NCBI GenBank assembly: GCA_001772615.1
Contig: MEUZ01000007.1
Span: 108,283-172,282, forward strand
From: a candidate division WWE3 bacterium RIFCSPHIGHO2_01_FULL_40_23
GTDB taxonomy: Bacteria; Patescibacteriota; WWE3; UBA101185; 2-01-FULL-41-18
Direction of reading: 5' to 3'
Length of the DNA stretch: 64,000 nucleotides
Under the pieces are notes generated by a model. The model was not told the DNA's origin. It worked only from the letters and a program-made list of their open reading frames with translations, and made no database searches. The translations under genes and the position numbers were made by a program. This document shows, in pieces, positions 9,629 to 19,359 of the stretch; the stretch's first letter is position 1, and each line of letters begins with the position of its first letter.

Positions 9629-9879
9629 GTGCGAATTATATTATCCAAGCGGGCTTTAAAAGATCTAAAGAAGATTAGCGCTGATAAAGGCGCCAGATCA
9701 TTGATAAGCTTTCTTATTTTGAAAAGCAAGAAAACCCTTTGCTGTTCTCCGGACCGTTAACACACTCTACACTTGGGCAAGCCAAGTTTAGAATTGGAGA
9801 ATACAGAGTAACTTTTGACCATGATAACGAAAAAATAATAATCTTAAGAATTGGGCACAGGAAAGAAATTTACAAATAA
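9629..9879 (+). pseudogene. RelE/ParE-family toxin with a single-base frameshift near 9686
   Basis: GTG start gives MRIILSKRALKDLKKISADK; another frame continues RRQIIDKL...KFRIGEYRVTF...ILRIGHRKEIYK, the RelE C-terminal signature. Confidence 0.8.
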
Positions 9880-9917
9880 TACAGGGTTCTAACTTCTCCC
9901 CCCACTCCCTGCCAAGC

Positions 9918-10247
9918 TTAGAAACTTAACATCGGATAAACGTCAAAAGCTACTTCTTCATAAGGATGGACTTCCCTTACAGCCCTCATCACTGCTTCAA
10001 GTTTATCTTTCTCACAAACAGTCTCAATTCTTTCCTCTTCCACTAATACCAGCCCTCCGACTTTTCCAATTGCGGGATGTGAACCTTCCAATGGTTTGTA
10101 CCTACCCTCTCCCTTAACAGAAAAACTGCAGTGACTGTAATTGCCTATCTTCCCCGCACCAGAATTCCCAATTGCCTCTCTTACCCTATCCGCGTGTGTT
10201 TGAGGAACAAAAACCACCAATTTAACTAATTCACCTTCCTGATTCAT
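9918..10247 (-). CDS. Stand-alone YqfO/NIF3-type PII-like (CutA-related) domain protein
   Basis: KLVVFVPQTHADRVREA, GAGKIGNYSHCSF and VHPYEEVAFDVYP. Confidence 0.85.
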   Translation of the reverse strand: MNQEGELVKLVVFVPQTHADRVREAIGNSGAGKIGNYSHCSFSVKGEGRYKPLEGSHPAIGKVGGLVLVEEERIETVCEKDKLEAVMRAVREVHPYEEVAFDVYPMLSF

Positions 10248-10364
10248 CCTAATATCAATTTAGCAAAAAACCCCAACTTCTTCCACCACTTCCCCGCCAA
10301 ATGGGACCGTTTAAACAGATATAAAATTCTTGATTTTCATTTAAACATATCTTATAATACCCCT

Positions 10365-10628
10365 ATGATACAAAAAGCATTTGGAATAGGAAATAGCGTG
10401 GCTGTTACTATACCTAAAAAAGTCGGAATAAAACCTGGCACTAAAGTTGTGTTTAAAATGGAGGACAATAAATTAATATATGAGGTATTGAAGCATAGAT
10501 CTCCTACCCCACAAGATAAACTGATCATAAATACCAGCGGAGCTTTTAAAATAAAGGTCAAGAATCTCAAACAAGTACTTAAAGATCTCAAAGACAATCA
10601 GTATGACAAAAAAATCAGTTTTCCTTGA
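10365..10628 (+). CDS. AbrB/MazE-like antitoxin (VapB)
   Basis: IGNSVAVTIPKKVGIKPGTKV; overlaps a PIN-domain gene. Confidence 0.8.
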   Translation: MIQKAFGIGNSVAVTIPKKVGIKPGTKVVFKMEDNKLIYEVLKHRSPTPQDKLIINTSGAFKIKVKNLKQVLKDLKDNQYDKKISFP

Positions 10629-11049
10629 TACAAGCTTTCTGGTAGCTTCTCAAGTCAAAGGGCATGAATTTCTGGAAAGAACCATTGAACTTAGAAAACA
10701 GTTCATTTATGAAAAGGCAAACCTGATAACAAGTCAAATTGTCTTTGATGATTTCTGGTATGTTCTAATCGGACTAAGCAAAGCGTCCGTTACAAACATA
10801 GATCCGAAAAAGCTTTACAGCCAATTAAAGAAAGCTACCCAAAATGTCCTTTTGTTTGAAGCTTTGAGTCTCTTGGATTTAGATCTTACTGCAAAAGAGC
10901 TGGTTGATACACTTGATATAATGTATAGATTCAAACAAAGACCGAGAGATGCAATTATTGTGAAGATCATGAAAAAGGCAAAGGTAAAATATATTGCCAG
11001 TTTTGATGAGCATTTTGATAAAGTTTCAGGGATTTCCAGAATTTATTAG
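10603..11049 (+). CDS. PIN-domain toxin (VapC-like)
   Basis: VFLDTSFLVA, PRDAII and IASFDEHFDKV PIN acidic motifs. Confidence 0.85.
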   Translation: MTKKSVFLDTSFLVASQVKGHEFLERTIELRKQFIYEKANLITSQIVFDDFWYVLIGLSKASVTNIDPKKLYSQLKKATQNVLLFEALSLLDLDLTAKELVDTLDIMYRFKQRPRDAIIVKIMKKAKVKYIASFDEHFDKVSGISRIY

Positions 11050-11137
11050 AAACTTTTGTTATCATCCCTATTCCCACATCGTAACAAAAAGATCAGCTAT
11101 TTAGACTGATCTTAGTGAACAGGATTTCAACAGACGG

Positions 11138-11327
11138 TTAAGGATTGTAATCTTCCGTCACAATAATCACCCTCACTTTGCCCTGGGGAATTATGTTAGT
11201 CACTCTCCCCGTCAAAATTTCCGCTTTCTCCCCCTTCAAGAGAAATAAATTCTCCAATCTCCAACACACCGCCGAAAACGTGAGGCTCCACAATTTGAAC
11301 AACTACACCCGTATTCACATGACTCAT
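11138..11327 (-). pseudogene. Small beta-rich ORF, probably frameshifted in a G5 run
   Basis: TGnTATAAT promoter and AGGAG RBS; MSHVNTGVVVQIVEPH... Removing one G near 11232 gives a 62-aa ORF ending at 11138. Confidence 0.45.
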
Positions 11328-11478
11328 TTGGATTTCTCCTCTCTTTTAGCTTTAGGCGATTATAACATCACTCCGAATACCTACTGGTTCCAAGATTAAT
11401 TGAGTTGAAGCAAATGAAGCCCATAGTTGTGTATTGGAGTTGTTGATGGTAAAATCAGTGAATTCAAAGGAGACTGAC

Positions 11479-11865
11479 ATGCTAGCATTCCAAAAAGGCA
11501 GATTGTACGTGCGCCTGATGAACGGTGGTATCACGTTTTTCTTCTACACCTTAGAAGACGTTCAGCAGGGATACCAGTTTTTTGATGCTCAAAACATAGC
11601 TGAAATGAGAGGCGGCCACGGCCAACCCTCTTTCGGCGATGACATAGAGTATACCAGGGACGGCGGAGTTGTCGGCCTCGGAACGGTAACGTTTAGAGAG
11701 GCTACCCGCGAAGACTTCATGGCCCTCATTCAAAATTGGTCAGAAAGGACTACGGGAGTCTCGGTGCAAACCTGGCTGGAGGCGGTAATGGGGGTTCCCG
11801 GCGGTCTACTACAAAGCGAAAAAGAAAGAATCCTCCAGGCAGCAAACGCAGCCAACGTCCTGTGA
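11479..11865 (+). CDS. Hypothetical protein
   Basis: AAGGAG RBS before ATG 11479; terminator GGAGCCATT...AATGGCTCC follows. Confidence 0.7.
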   Translation: MLAFQKGRLYVRLMNGGITFFFYTLEDVQQGYQFFDAQNIAEMRGGHGQPSFGDDIEYTRDGGVVGLGTVTFREATREDFMALIQNWSERTTGVSVQTWLEAVMGVPGGLLQSEKERILQAANAANVL

Positions 11866-12060
11866 TAAGAACGGAAGGAGCCATTACATTTCAATGGCTC
11901 CCTTTCACTTTTCTAAATTAAAATCCCATAGAAGCTCACTTCATCTAAAGTTAAAATTTTAAATTACACTAGGTTGTAAATTGAATTTTGGAAAATAAAA
12001 AAAAGCGCAGGTTCAGGCGAACTTGCGCTTTGTTTCCGATGTGATTTTGGCTTGAGGCCT

Positions 12061-12396
12061 TTATTCTTCCTTCTCCTTCAACTCACCCCTTTGCCACGTG
12101 TAGATTATCCTTGCAATTGCCCCAGCGATGGCAAGGACCAAGAGCACCAAAGGTAGAACCTGGATCAAAATGGCCACAAATAGCAAAACTATAAACATGA
12201 CAACCCCGGCTCCAATCGGCGCACCTATGACAGTAACCCAGATAAACCAATATGGATGCCGCGAACCCCTGTGGATCACGTACAACACCCCAGCCGCGGC
12301 AACAAGTGTCAGTAAAACAAACACCGTCCGGCCGGGGAGTGTGTTAAACAGGCTGTCCAAGAAAACCTGAGCGGCTTGCTTCCAAAATTCCATCAT
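12061..12396 (-). CDS. Small membrane protein (paralogue of 12577-12933)
   Basis: MMEFWKQAAQVFL; three TM segments; own terminator at about 12000-12030. Confidence 0.7.
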   Translation of the reverse strand: MMEFWKQAAQVFLDSLFNTLPGRTVFVLLTLVAAAGVLYVIHRGSRHPYWFIWVTVIGAPIGAGVVMFIVLLFVAILIQVLPLVLLVLAIAGAIARIIYTWQRGELKEKEE

Positions 12397-12576
12397 TTTC
12401 TCTTCTCGCTTTCTTTTTGCGTAGGTTTGTATGTAAAGCTTATAGCATCATAATAAATTTGGTTTTTGTTTGCAAATCGTATTGGGTAAAAAGATTATTC
12501 ATAAACAGATTTAGGAAGTAAAAAGCGCAGATTTTTTTGGACCTGCGCCTCGGCTTGCGTATTTCGTTCTCTCCCA

Positions 12577-12933
12577 CTAAGTCTTATGCATTTTCTTCTG
12601 CAGGAAGGAAAAGAACAAAGCCATTATCAACCCGAACCCTGAAATCGGCAGGAGATATGGAGTAAGCCAAATGATCAGGGCTATTGCAGCCCAAATGACT
12701 GACAGTACCATCCCAGAACCCACGGGGAAAAGCAGCGAGAAAAGGAATAGTTCCCAAAACGGTGTAGGACGACCCGCCTTCCTCAACAACCAGTAGTTAA
12801 CAGCTTCCCCGATCACAATCGATCCTATGACCAGGAAAGGCAGACCTGATGGTGTGAAAGGAATATTTAAAAACTCCCCTGCCAGCTTCTTCCAGAACTC
12901 CAGCTGAAGTAGTGGTAACATTTTTCTCTCCAT
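12577..12933 (-). CDS. Small membrane protein
   Basis: LEFWKKLAGEFL; similar TM layout and a similar GCGCAG terminator. Confidence 0.7.
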   Translation of the reverse strand: MERKMLPLLQLEFWKKLAGEFLNIPFTPSGLPFLVIGSIVIGEAVNYWLLRKAGRPTPFWELFLFSLLFPVGSGMVLSVIWAAIALIIWLTPYLLPISGFGLIMALFFSFLQKKMHKT

Positions 12934-13528
12934 TCTTTTTTGATTTTGTGTCTTATAGTACTATACATAAATAGAGCTTTTGGGGCAAATCATTTCAATT
13001 TGAAGAATTTTATGTGAAGGTATATGAATCTTGTGGTTAATAAATGGGTTAGCCTTTTAAAGTGACATTTATTCTAAATGTCATCCTGAACTTGATTCAG
13101 GATCTCATATTTTTACAGCAGAGATCCCGGATTTGATCCGGGATGACATGCAAGCATATCACCTTAAAACGCCAGCCCAAATGAAAGGAAGAACCCGAAA
13201 GCCTGTCCGACGAAGCTTTTAGCGAAGTCGGATTCTTGTTCTTCCGTTTGGGCCGAATGGGAAAGATACAGGTTATCATTATCTCCAATGCATGCAATTT
13301 GCACATTGGTATCGGGCCGCCATCTCAAAACCTCCCAGCATACTCTTCCCGAAGTATGAAGGTACTGAAACCTAGCCCGTCGCCTTTTCGGCTTCGTCGC
13401 TCACTAATTTAGTAAGCCAAGGTCCAAACGAAATTTTTAATGGACCGCCTAGTCAGTTTTTACCCGCGTTCACTCTGGAGCGCAGGAGGCCAAACCGACA
13501 ACCTACACACCAAATCTACAAGGAGAAG

Positions 13529-13864
13529 TTAATCCTCCCAGTAGACCATTGACCCATCGCAAGTGCATTCAGGGTCAATGCAGACTCCGCCTTCCCTAAA
13601 GACTTTGGGGTTACCCAAAGAATCCAACCTATAATCGGAGTAATAGATCCAAGTAACCCCGATTGATGGGTTCTCCTTAAGGAACATTTTCGCATCCTCA
13701 AGGGAAAGGAACATACGGGAATTGGAAAAACCCCACAGTCTTACATAACCCAACAGTCTCATTCTCTCATTGGTCCAAGCCTGAACCATCTGATCAAAGA
13801 GAGTTTCCCTGTCCCTACCGACAAATAGAGCTCGAAAGAGGGCCAGGGTTAAAGTATCAGCCAT
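13529..13864 (-). CDS. Hypothetical protein with C-terminal Cys cluster
   Basis: GGAG RBS before MADTLTL; ends CIDPECTCDGSMVYWED. Confidence 0.6.
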   Translation of the reverse strand: MADTLTLALFRALFVGRDRETLFDQMVQAWTNERMRLLGYVRLWGFSNSRMFLSLEDAKMFLKENPSIGVTWIYYSDYRLDSLGNPKVFREGGVCIDPECTCDGSMVYWED

Positions 13865-13990
13865 TTTTTCTTCTCCTTTTATCCCTAAGCTCATGGCAAA
13901 AGCTTGGGAAAGACTTAATTACCCTCAAGCCAATTCTTGAGAGCAGAATTTTAGAATCCATTAATCAAACATGAATCCCAAAATCCCATC

Positions 13991-14136
13991 AAAAAAGCCG
14001 GGAACCAAAGAGAAAACTTCTCTTAAGATCTCGGCCTTCCAACTCGCGCGAAACTATGAAAAAGATCATTGGACAAGCTTGGATCTCTGGTATCCTAGGT
14101 ACACCTTATTATACTATAAGTCATAGATAATGCCAA
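13991..14136 (-). promoter_or_regulatory. Sigma70 promoter followed by a leader terminator
   Basis: TTGGCA-17-TATAAT (14136-14108), then hairpin GCCGAGATC...GTTCCCGGC and TTTTTT. Confidence 0.65.
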
Positions 14137-14251
14137 GCTAAACAAAAGGCCCGGGCGTATTTTTAATTCTCACCAAATACGCCGGGCCTTAACGAGAGTT
14201 CCACTTATCGTTTTTATAACCGGGAGACGTGTCAGCTCACGGTAACCAGGT

Positions 14252-16939
14252 TTATTCTTCAGCGTTATCCTGGAGAGCTTTTTTGAAGGCCGCGCTCATA
14301 GAAGTTTCTCCCTCTTCCCCACCTTCAGTGTAAAAAGGAGGTTTCTCGGGTTTGGCCTTCCTTGTGCCGCTTGGAATCGGAAAGGCCTTGATCTCCTCAA
14401 GCTTTTGCCTTGCGGTAGCAAGCTCAAGGCGGGTCTTTGCAATTTCCTCTTCATAGTCTTTCGGACCATAAATTGGAATCGCAAAATACCCATAGATCCT
14501 TACCTTCCGTCCTCCGCGGCCATTGGGACCCTCGGGATTATTGCCTTGATACTCAAACAGATGTAGCTGTGTTGAGTTCTTGGCCCTCACCCGAGCGTAG
14601 CATCGCACACCGGTCTTGGCCTGTGTGCGTGTGTAGGGATCAGCAATGAGCTTCACCCAGGTCCCGCTTGCCTCGTCAAAGAACGGACCAGCAATGAAAT
14701 TACTCTCGTCGCGGGAGCCTTGCTCACCGGTGATAAAAGTAACTTCAAACGCCGCCCCATCTTCAACGGGCATCAAACCATAAGCTGAAGAAAGGCGCTC
14801 AATAGCAGCCGCTTCAGCCTGGTCAACCTCGGTAGCGGTTTCATTGCGACTCCGTTCCAAGTCGCGAAGAGCCCACTCAAGCTGACCAATTTCTTCTTCC
14901 GCCGCCTTAATCGCCTTGCGGCGCTTGGTGACCTCGGGGCTTGTGGAAGAATAACACCACCCATTAAAATCCGGATCGTAGTCGTCACCGACAATTTCCG
15001 GATCCCAGCCGTAAACTTCGCACGGCCAGACGGTGGTTTCTTCCTCACCCGAAGCGGGTTTGAAGGACCGGATCGGATCCTCCCTTTCCTCACGGGAAAC
15101 GTGAATCGTCACATTCCCAACGTAGGAAAGGTCAAATCCCGTCCCCTCTCCGCGGAAGCGCTCGTGCGGTTCAAGTTCACGAGCTTTTATGGTCTGAATA
15201 CCGGTTATTCCTGAAGCGGGGAGCTTCACAACCTCCCAGCTCTCATCAAACCGGTTGTCAACTTGCCAGCGTGACCAACGCAAGGCAAGCATTTCGGGGC
15301 CAACCATCTCCCAGCGCTTTACGCCTTCCGAGGTATAGCGCTTGCGATAGTCAGTCCCCGACGGCTCAACTTCCTCCCCGTCAGGGCCGATAACCCACAG
15401 ATCACTCTGTTCGTTGTCGCCCATCCAGCGGAAGTGGCCGGAAAAGTTAAGAAGAATCCGGCCGCTTTCTGCTTCTGACAGAATCTCCTCACACTCGCGG
15501 ATCTTTTCAAGAGCCGCCGCGTAGTCCTGCTTTTTAGCCTGCAGGATACCCGCCACAGCCCTCGCCTGCTCGGAATCTTTACCCAGTTTTTCAACCAGGT
15601 TTTGATATCCACCAAGCGCTGCGAGTCGGCCGGCTTCCGAACCCCTTAACCTTATGGCCAGACTCTTCTCGGCCATAAAGTCATGCTCGGTCAGGGAGGG
15701 AAGCTCAACTTCCGATTTCCCTTTTACCTGCGAGTCGTAGTAAAAATCTCCTTTCTTCTCGCAGTCCCCGACCCGAACGTAGCCCCCAAGCCAAGCTACC
15801 AGCTCAACGAGCTGGTTTCCCACCGCCTGCGGCAAAAACTGCAGGACGGTGAGGGCTGCAGGAGAAAACTTGGAGCCGAAAACACCTTTTTCGGTGAAAT
15901 AGTAGAAGGCAAAATCCTTCCATTCTTTCACAAGGTGGTCTCGATCCCACTCGCTTTCAAGGTGATCCAGTGTTGAAGCAAGGATCACCTCTCCGGCTTC
16001 CCGCGGCAGGGCATCCACAGAAAGGAGAAGCTTAGCCATATCGGCAACTTCCAGCCTCTTCTCCATCTGAAATTTCTCCGCGATAATCTGCTCCGCTTTT
16101 TCATAACGGAGGCAGTTACCACAGATCATCCGGCCTTGGATCCACCACGGATACTTTCCTTCCCGCGTGTCCCCCCAGCCGGAGCAATCCTTGCCACATC
16201 GGCCGCAAGTTTCTTCGTGCCGGCAGGTTTCGCATTTGGGATATGAATCCCAAACTTGCAAATCCCGCCGCTTACGACCGCACGGGCATGGGGGGTAAGC
16301 TGACTCCAGCTCGGTCTGATACCAAGCTGGAAGGTAGCGAACGGACAAAACCACTTTCCAAGCCGGGTCGTACACCGGATCTAAGCGATGAAAATACCAA
16401 TCGCCTCGGTCCTGTACGACCAGCTTGGTCAGCTGGTTTATTATTACCGGCAAAGCTTCTTCCCGTTCGCCGGTCTTCTCCCACGCAAGCTCACCCCTAA
16501 AGCTTACTTTCTCCCGCTCAAGAGGAGTCACCCGAATCTGGTGCTCCTCAAGAATGGAAGACGAAAGGTCGGCACCCCACACTAGTGTGTAGGTTCTCCT
16601 GTAGAAAGGAGTGCCGTTCCTCTCCTGAATCGGCCGTTCGTCACGCACACCTTCTTCGCTCTCGTTAAAGAGCCAGTCGGTTGCGATCGTAACCAGACCG
16701 ATCATCCCGTTTCCCAGATCTTTCCACCTTTCGGTGTAAAGAGGAGGGGCGGGTTTCCCCCGATACATCGTCCGGCCACGACCATCTTTCTTCGTTGTAA
16801 TCTCCTCCAGCTCCACACGCACCGTTTTATTAACGGGGGTGCCGGAGGGGAGAAAGACGATACACCTTCCGTAGGAGGCAACAGCCTCCCCGGGATTCTT
16901 GCCCTCGCGTGTTTCGAGGGTAACGATTTCTCCGGACAT
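14252..16939 (-). CDS. 895-aa multidomain protein: TRAM/OB-like N-terminus, Cys-rich Zn finger, coiled coils
   Basis: AGGAGG RBS; GEAVASYGRCIVFLPSGTPVNKTVRVEL is TRAM-like; CPCG, CETC, CGRC and CGNC clusters. Confidence 0.75.
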   Translation of the reverse strand: MSGEIVTLETREGKNPGEAVASYGRCIVFLPSGTPVNKTVRVELEEITTKKDGRGRTMYRGKPAPPLYTERWKDLGNGMIGLVTIATDWLFNESEEGVRDERPIQERNGTPFYRRTYTLVWGADLSSSILEEHQIRVTPLEREKVSFRGELAWEKTGEREEALPVIINQLTKLVVQDRGDWYFHRLDPVYDPAWKVVLSVRYLPAWYQTELESAYPPCPCGRKRRDLQVWDSYPKCETCRHEETCGRCGKDCSGWGDTREGKYPWWIQGRMICGNCLRYEKAEQIIAEKFQMEKRLEVADMAKLLLSVDALPREAGEVILASTLDHLESEWDRDHLVKEWKDFAFYYFTEKGVFGSKFSPAALTVLQFLPQAVGNQLVELVAWLGGYVRVGDCEKKGDFYYDSQVKGKSEVELPSLTEHDFMAEKSLAIRLRGSEAGRLAALGGYQNLVEKLGKDSEQARAVAGILQAKKQDYAAALEKIRECEEILSEAESGRILLNFSGHFRWMGDNEQSDLWVIGPDGEEVEPSGTDYRKRYTSEGVKRWEMVGPEMLALRWSRWQVDNRFDESWEVVKLPASGITGIQTIKARELEPHERFRGEGTGFDLSYVGNVTIHVSREEREDPIRSFKPASGEEETTVWPCEVYGWDPEIVGDDYDPDFNGWCYSSTSPEVTKRRKAIKAAEEEIGQLEWALRDLERSRNETATEVDQAEAAAIERLSSAYGLMPVEDGAAFEVTFITGEQGSRDESNFIAGPFFDEASGTWVKLIADPYTRTQAKTGVRCYARVRAKNSTQLHLFEYQGNNPEGPNGRGGRKVRIYGYFAIPIYGPKDYEEEIAKTRLELATARQKLEEIKAFPIPSGTRKAKPEKPPFYTEGGEEGETSMSAAFKKALQDNAEE

Positions 16940-17308
16940 GGCTTTTTAGCCTCCTTTTATTTTTTTGTCATCGCAAGTGAAGGGCGGTGGTCCTGACTTG
17001 ATTGCTTCGGTCGCTCTGCTTCCTCGCAATGACGAATAATTGGTCATTCTGATGCCTGCCCGCCTCTGGTGGGAAAGCCAGAATCTAGCTGCCTTACAGG
17101 CAACAACCCGCTCCCAAGATAGCAGACTGAATTAAAATTTTTTGAATTGGACCTACCTTCCAATTCCAATCTTATTCAGCCAATCCCACTTTAGATCCCG
17201 CATCAAGTGCGGGATGACAGAAGAGTCATTCCCGCGAAAGCGGGAATCTAAACATAGGAATTTTCTCCTGATCTTGGAAACGGATTGCTGCCAACAAATT
17301 TTAGAAAT

Positions 17309-17359
17309 GAGCCGACAGCAGGATTAATACCTGTTACCTGTCGGCTCATGTGATTGCTT
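17309..17359 (-). promoter_or_regulatory. Conserved intergenic hairpin, copy 1
   Basis: AAGCAAT-N5-GAGCCGAC...GTCGGCTC on the minus strand; also present at 22388 and 26532. Confidence 0.7.
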
Positions 17360-17509
17360 TGGAAACCTTTCTACCCCATAACCTAGAAGGTAGTTTCCAT
17401 TGAAGGTCTTGTACACGGCAATCCCATTTCAGATTGCTTCGCTACGCTCGCAATGACTAAATACATTGTCATCGCGAGGAGGCAGCCTATTGGCTGACAA
17501 CGAAGCGAT

Positions 17510-19273
17510 CTAAAAGTGGGAGAAGATTTGCTTCTCAGCGGTTTCGGCCGTGAATTTCGAAACCAGTTCTATCCGATCCGCGAACTCTTGGACAGTCGCG
17601 ATTGAGCTGGAACCAACATCGCACAAAATTACAAAGATGTTGATTTCCAATTCTTTCTTAACTGTTTTGAGAAAGCGGATAAACTCCGAGCTGACCGCGC
17701 ATTCGCCATCAGTGATGAGACAAATGTCGGCTTTTTTAAGGCCTTCTTCTTGAATCATCTCAATGGCTTTGCGCAGGGGTCGCTCAAAGTCAGTCCCGCC
17801 CCCTGCTTGGGCTTCGGCCAGCTCAAGCATTTGCTGGCCGGTCATCTGGCCCTGCGGATACACCTTTGACAGTTTTAGAACAGAGTCAAAGAGTATCCAG
17901 CCAAACGACCGTTTCTGGAGTTTTGCATAGTGAGCAAGAGACAACGTTGCTGCCTTTGCCCACTGTTGCTTTTCTCCCTCCATGGAACCCGATCCGTCTT
18001 CACAGACGATCACGGGGCCATGGCCCATCTTTTGCCGAACTTTCTGGCCATGAAGCCTAAGCTCCCCACGCGTCCACCTTTGAAGGGCTTTCGCGCGAAG
18101 AGCCGGGTGCACCAATGCAACCAACTCGGTCCTTTGAGCGCGCTTGAGATCGCGACCGGTTTCAACCGTTGCGACCCGCACGCCCTCCCCCGCGATTCTG
18201 GACCTAGCTTTGCGGGACGCGATCTTTCGAACACGCCCAAGCAAAGAAGCAAACTTTTTAAGCGCCTCGTTGCGCTTCATCCGTTCAAGTATCCCCAAAG
18301 TTTGCGGGATTCCCTGGCGGGTGAGTTCGCTTTCTTCCAAGCCCCAGGCCTCAATGGTTTCGGAAACCTCTTCCACCTTGGTCTGGGCATTGCGGACGGC
18401 TTGAAGTCCTATACGAGTCAGCTCACGCAGTTTTTCCTGCGCTTGCTGACTGCCGGGTTCCCCAAGCAGATCCCCTGCCAGTTTTTCGGCTTTAGCTTTT
18501 GCCAAATCAGCCTTTTGCTTTGCAGAATCCGCATTTGCTTTCGCATCGGCGGCTTCTTTAGCAAGCTGATCGGCAATTGCCCGCGCTTCCTCCTGGGTCA
18601 TACCAGAAGACAGCGCGCCCTCCATAGCTTCGTCAGAAGCGACGGAGGGTTGAGCCTGTTCCGAAGTCAACTGCCCTTGGCCGCCTGAGAGTTGACCACT
18701 TGGCTGTCCGCCTTGTGGTTGACCTCCCTGTTGACCTTGGGACTGACCCGAACCTTGTTGACCGGTCGCTTCCGCTGCAGCATCCGCCAACTGCTGAAGC
18801 ATCTGCGCTTGGGTTTGCGCCTGTTGCGCCTGTTCTTCAGCCTGATTGGCTTCCCCTTGAGCGGTTGCCTGCTCCCGGAGCTTTTGCCGATCCTCTTTTG
18901 GCACCAAAGCTAGGACGGATTCGCCCATTGCGACAGTCCCAAGGACCGACTTCAGCTCCGAAAGCGCCGTATCGGCATGAAGCTCCTGGTAAGCACCCGA
19001 TTTAAGGGCTTGCCCCAAAAGCTCCCACCAATACCGCCGATCGGCAGGGACCTCATCACTCACCTGCGGTTCTGGCGACCACAGGGTGTGATAAAGATCC
19101 AACAAGCAACCCTCAACTCCCGGAAGTGCCTCGGCACCTTTTTCTTCCAGTTCCGGGATTGAGGGTACATTCTCACGGTGACGGAGGTAACGCAGTGCCG
19201 TAAAGGCATCCGCGTCGGTCACCGCAAGCGCAAGTACTTCCTGCCGGGTGACCGGCCGTGGCCTAGTGGCCAT
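17510..19273 (-). CDS. vWA-domain protein (ViaA/CoxE-like)
   Basis: MIDAS CEDGSGSM, GGGTDF and ITDGE; Gln/Gly-rich linker; directly downstream of a MoxR ATPase. Confidence 0.9.
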   Translation of the reverse strand: MATRPRPVTRQEVLALAVTDADAFTALRYLRHRENVPSIPELEEKGAEALPGVEGCLLDLYHTLWSPEPQVSDEVPADRRYWWELLGQALKSGAYQELHADTALSELKSVLGTVAMGESVLALVPKEDRQKLREQATAQGEANQAEEQAQQAQTQAQMLQQLADAAAEATGQQGSGQSQGQQGGQPQGGQPSGQLSGGQGQLTSEQAQPSVASDEAMEGALSSGMTQEEARAIADQLAKEAADAKANADSAKQKADLAKAKAEKLAGDLLGEPGSQQAQEKLRELTRIGLQAVRNAQTKVEEVSETIEAWGLEESELTRQGIPQTLGILERMKRNEALKKFASLLGRVRKIASRKARSRIAGEGVRVATVETGRDLKRAQRTELVALVHPALRAKALQRWTRGELRLHGQKVRQKMGHGPVIVCEDGSGSMEGEKQQWAKAATLSLAHYAKLQKRSFGWILFDSVLKLSKVYPQGQMTGQQMLELAEAQAGGGTDFERPLRKAIEMIQEEGLKKADICLITDGECAVSSEFIRFLKTVKKELEINIFVILCDVGSSSIATVQEFADRIELVSKFTAETAEKQIFSHF

Positions 19274-19359
19274 ATCTTCCTCCAGTTGTCATCGCGAGCG
19301 AAGCGTGACGATCTCGGCTTGATTGCTTCGGCCGCTCCGCTTCCTCGCAATGACATGAA

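Noticed and set aside
17930-18688. 252-aa plus-strand ORF and similar antisense ORFs in GC-rich island genes
   Set aside because: Shadow frames of the vWA, MoxR, Csx3 and Csx15 genes.
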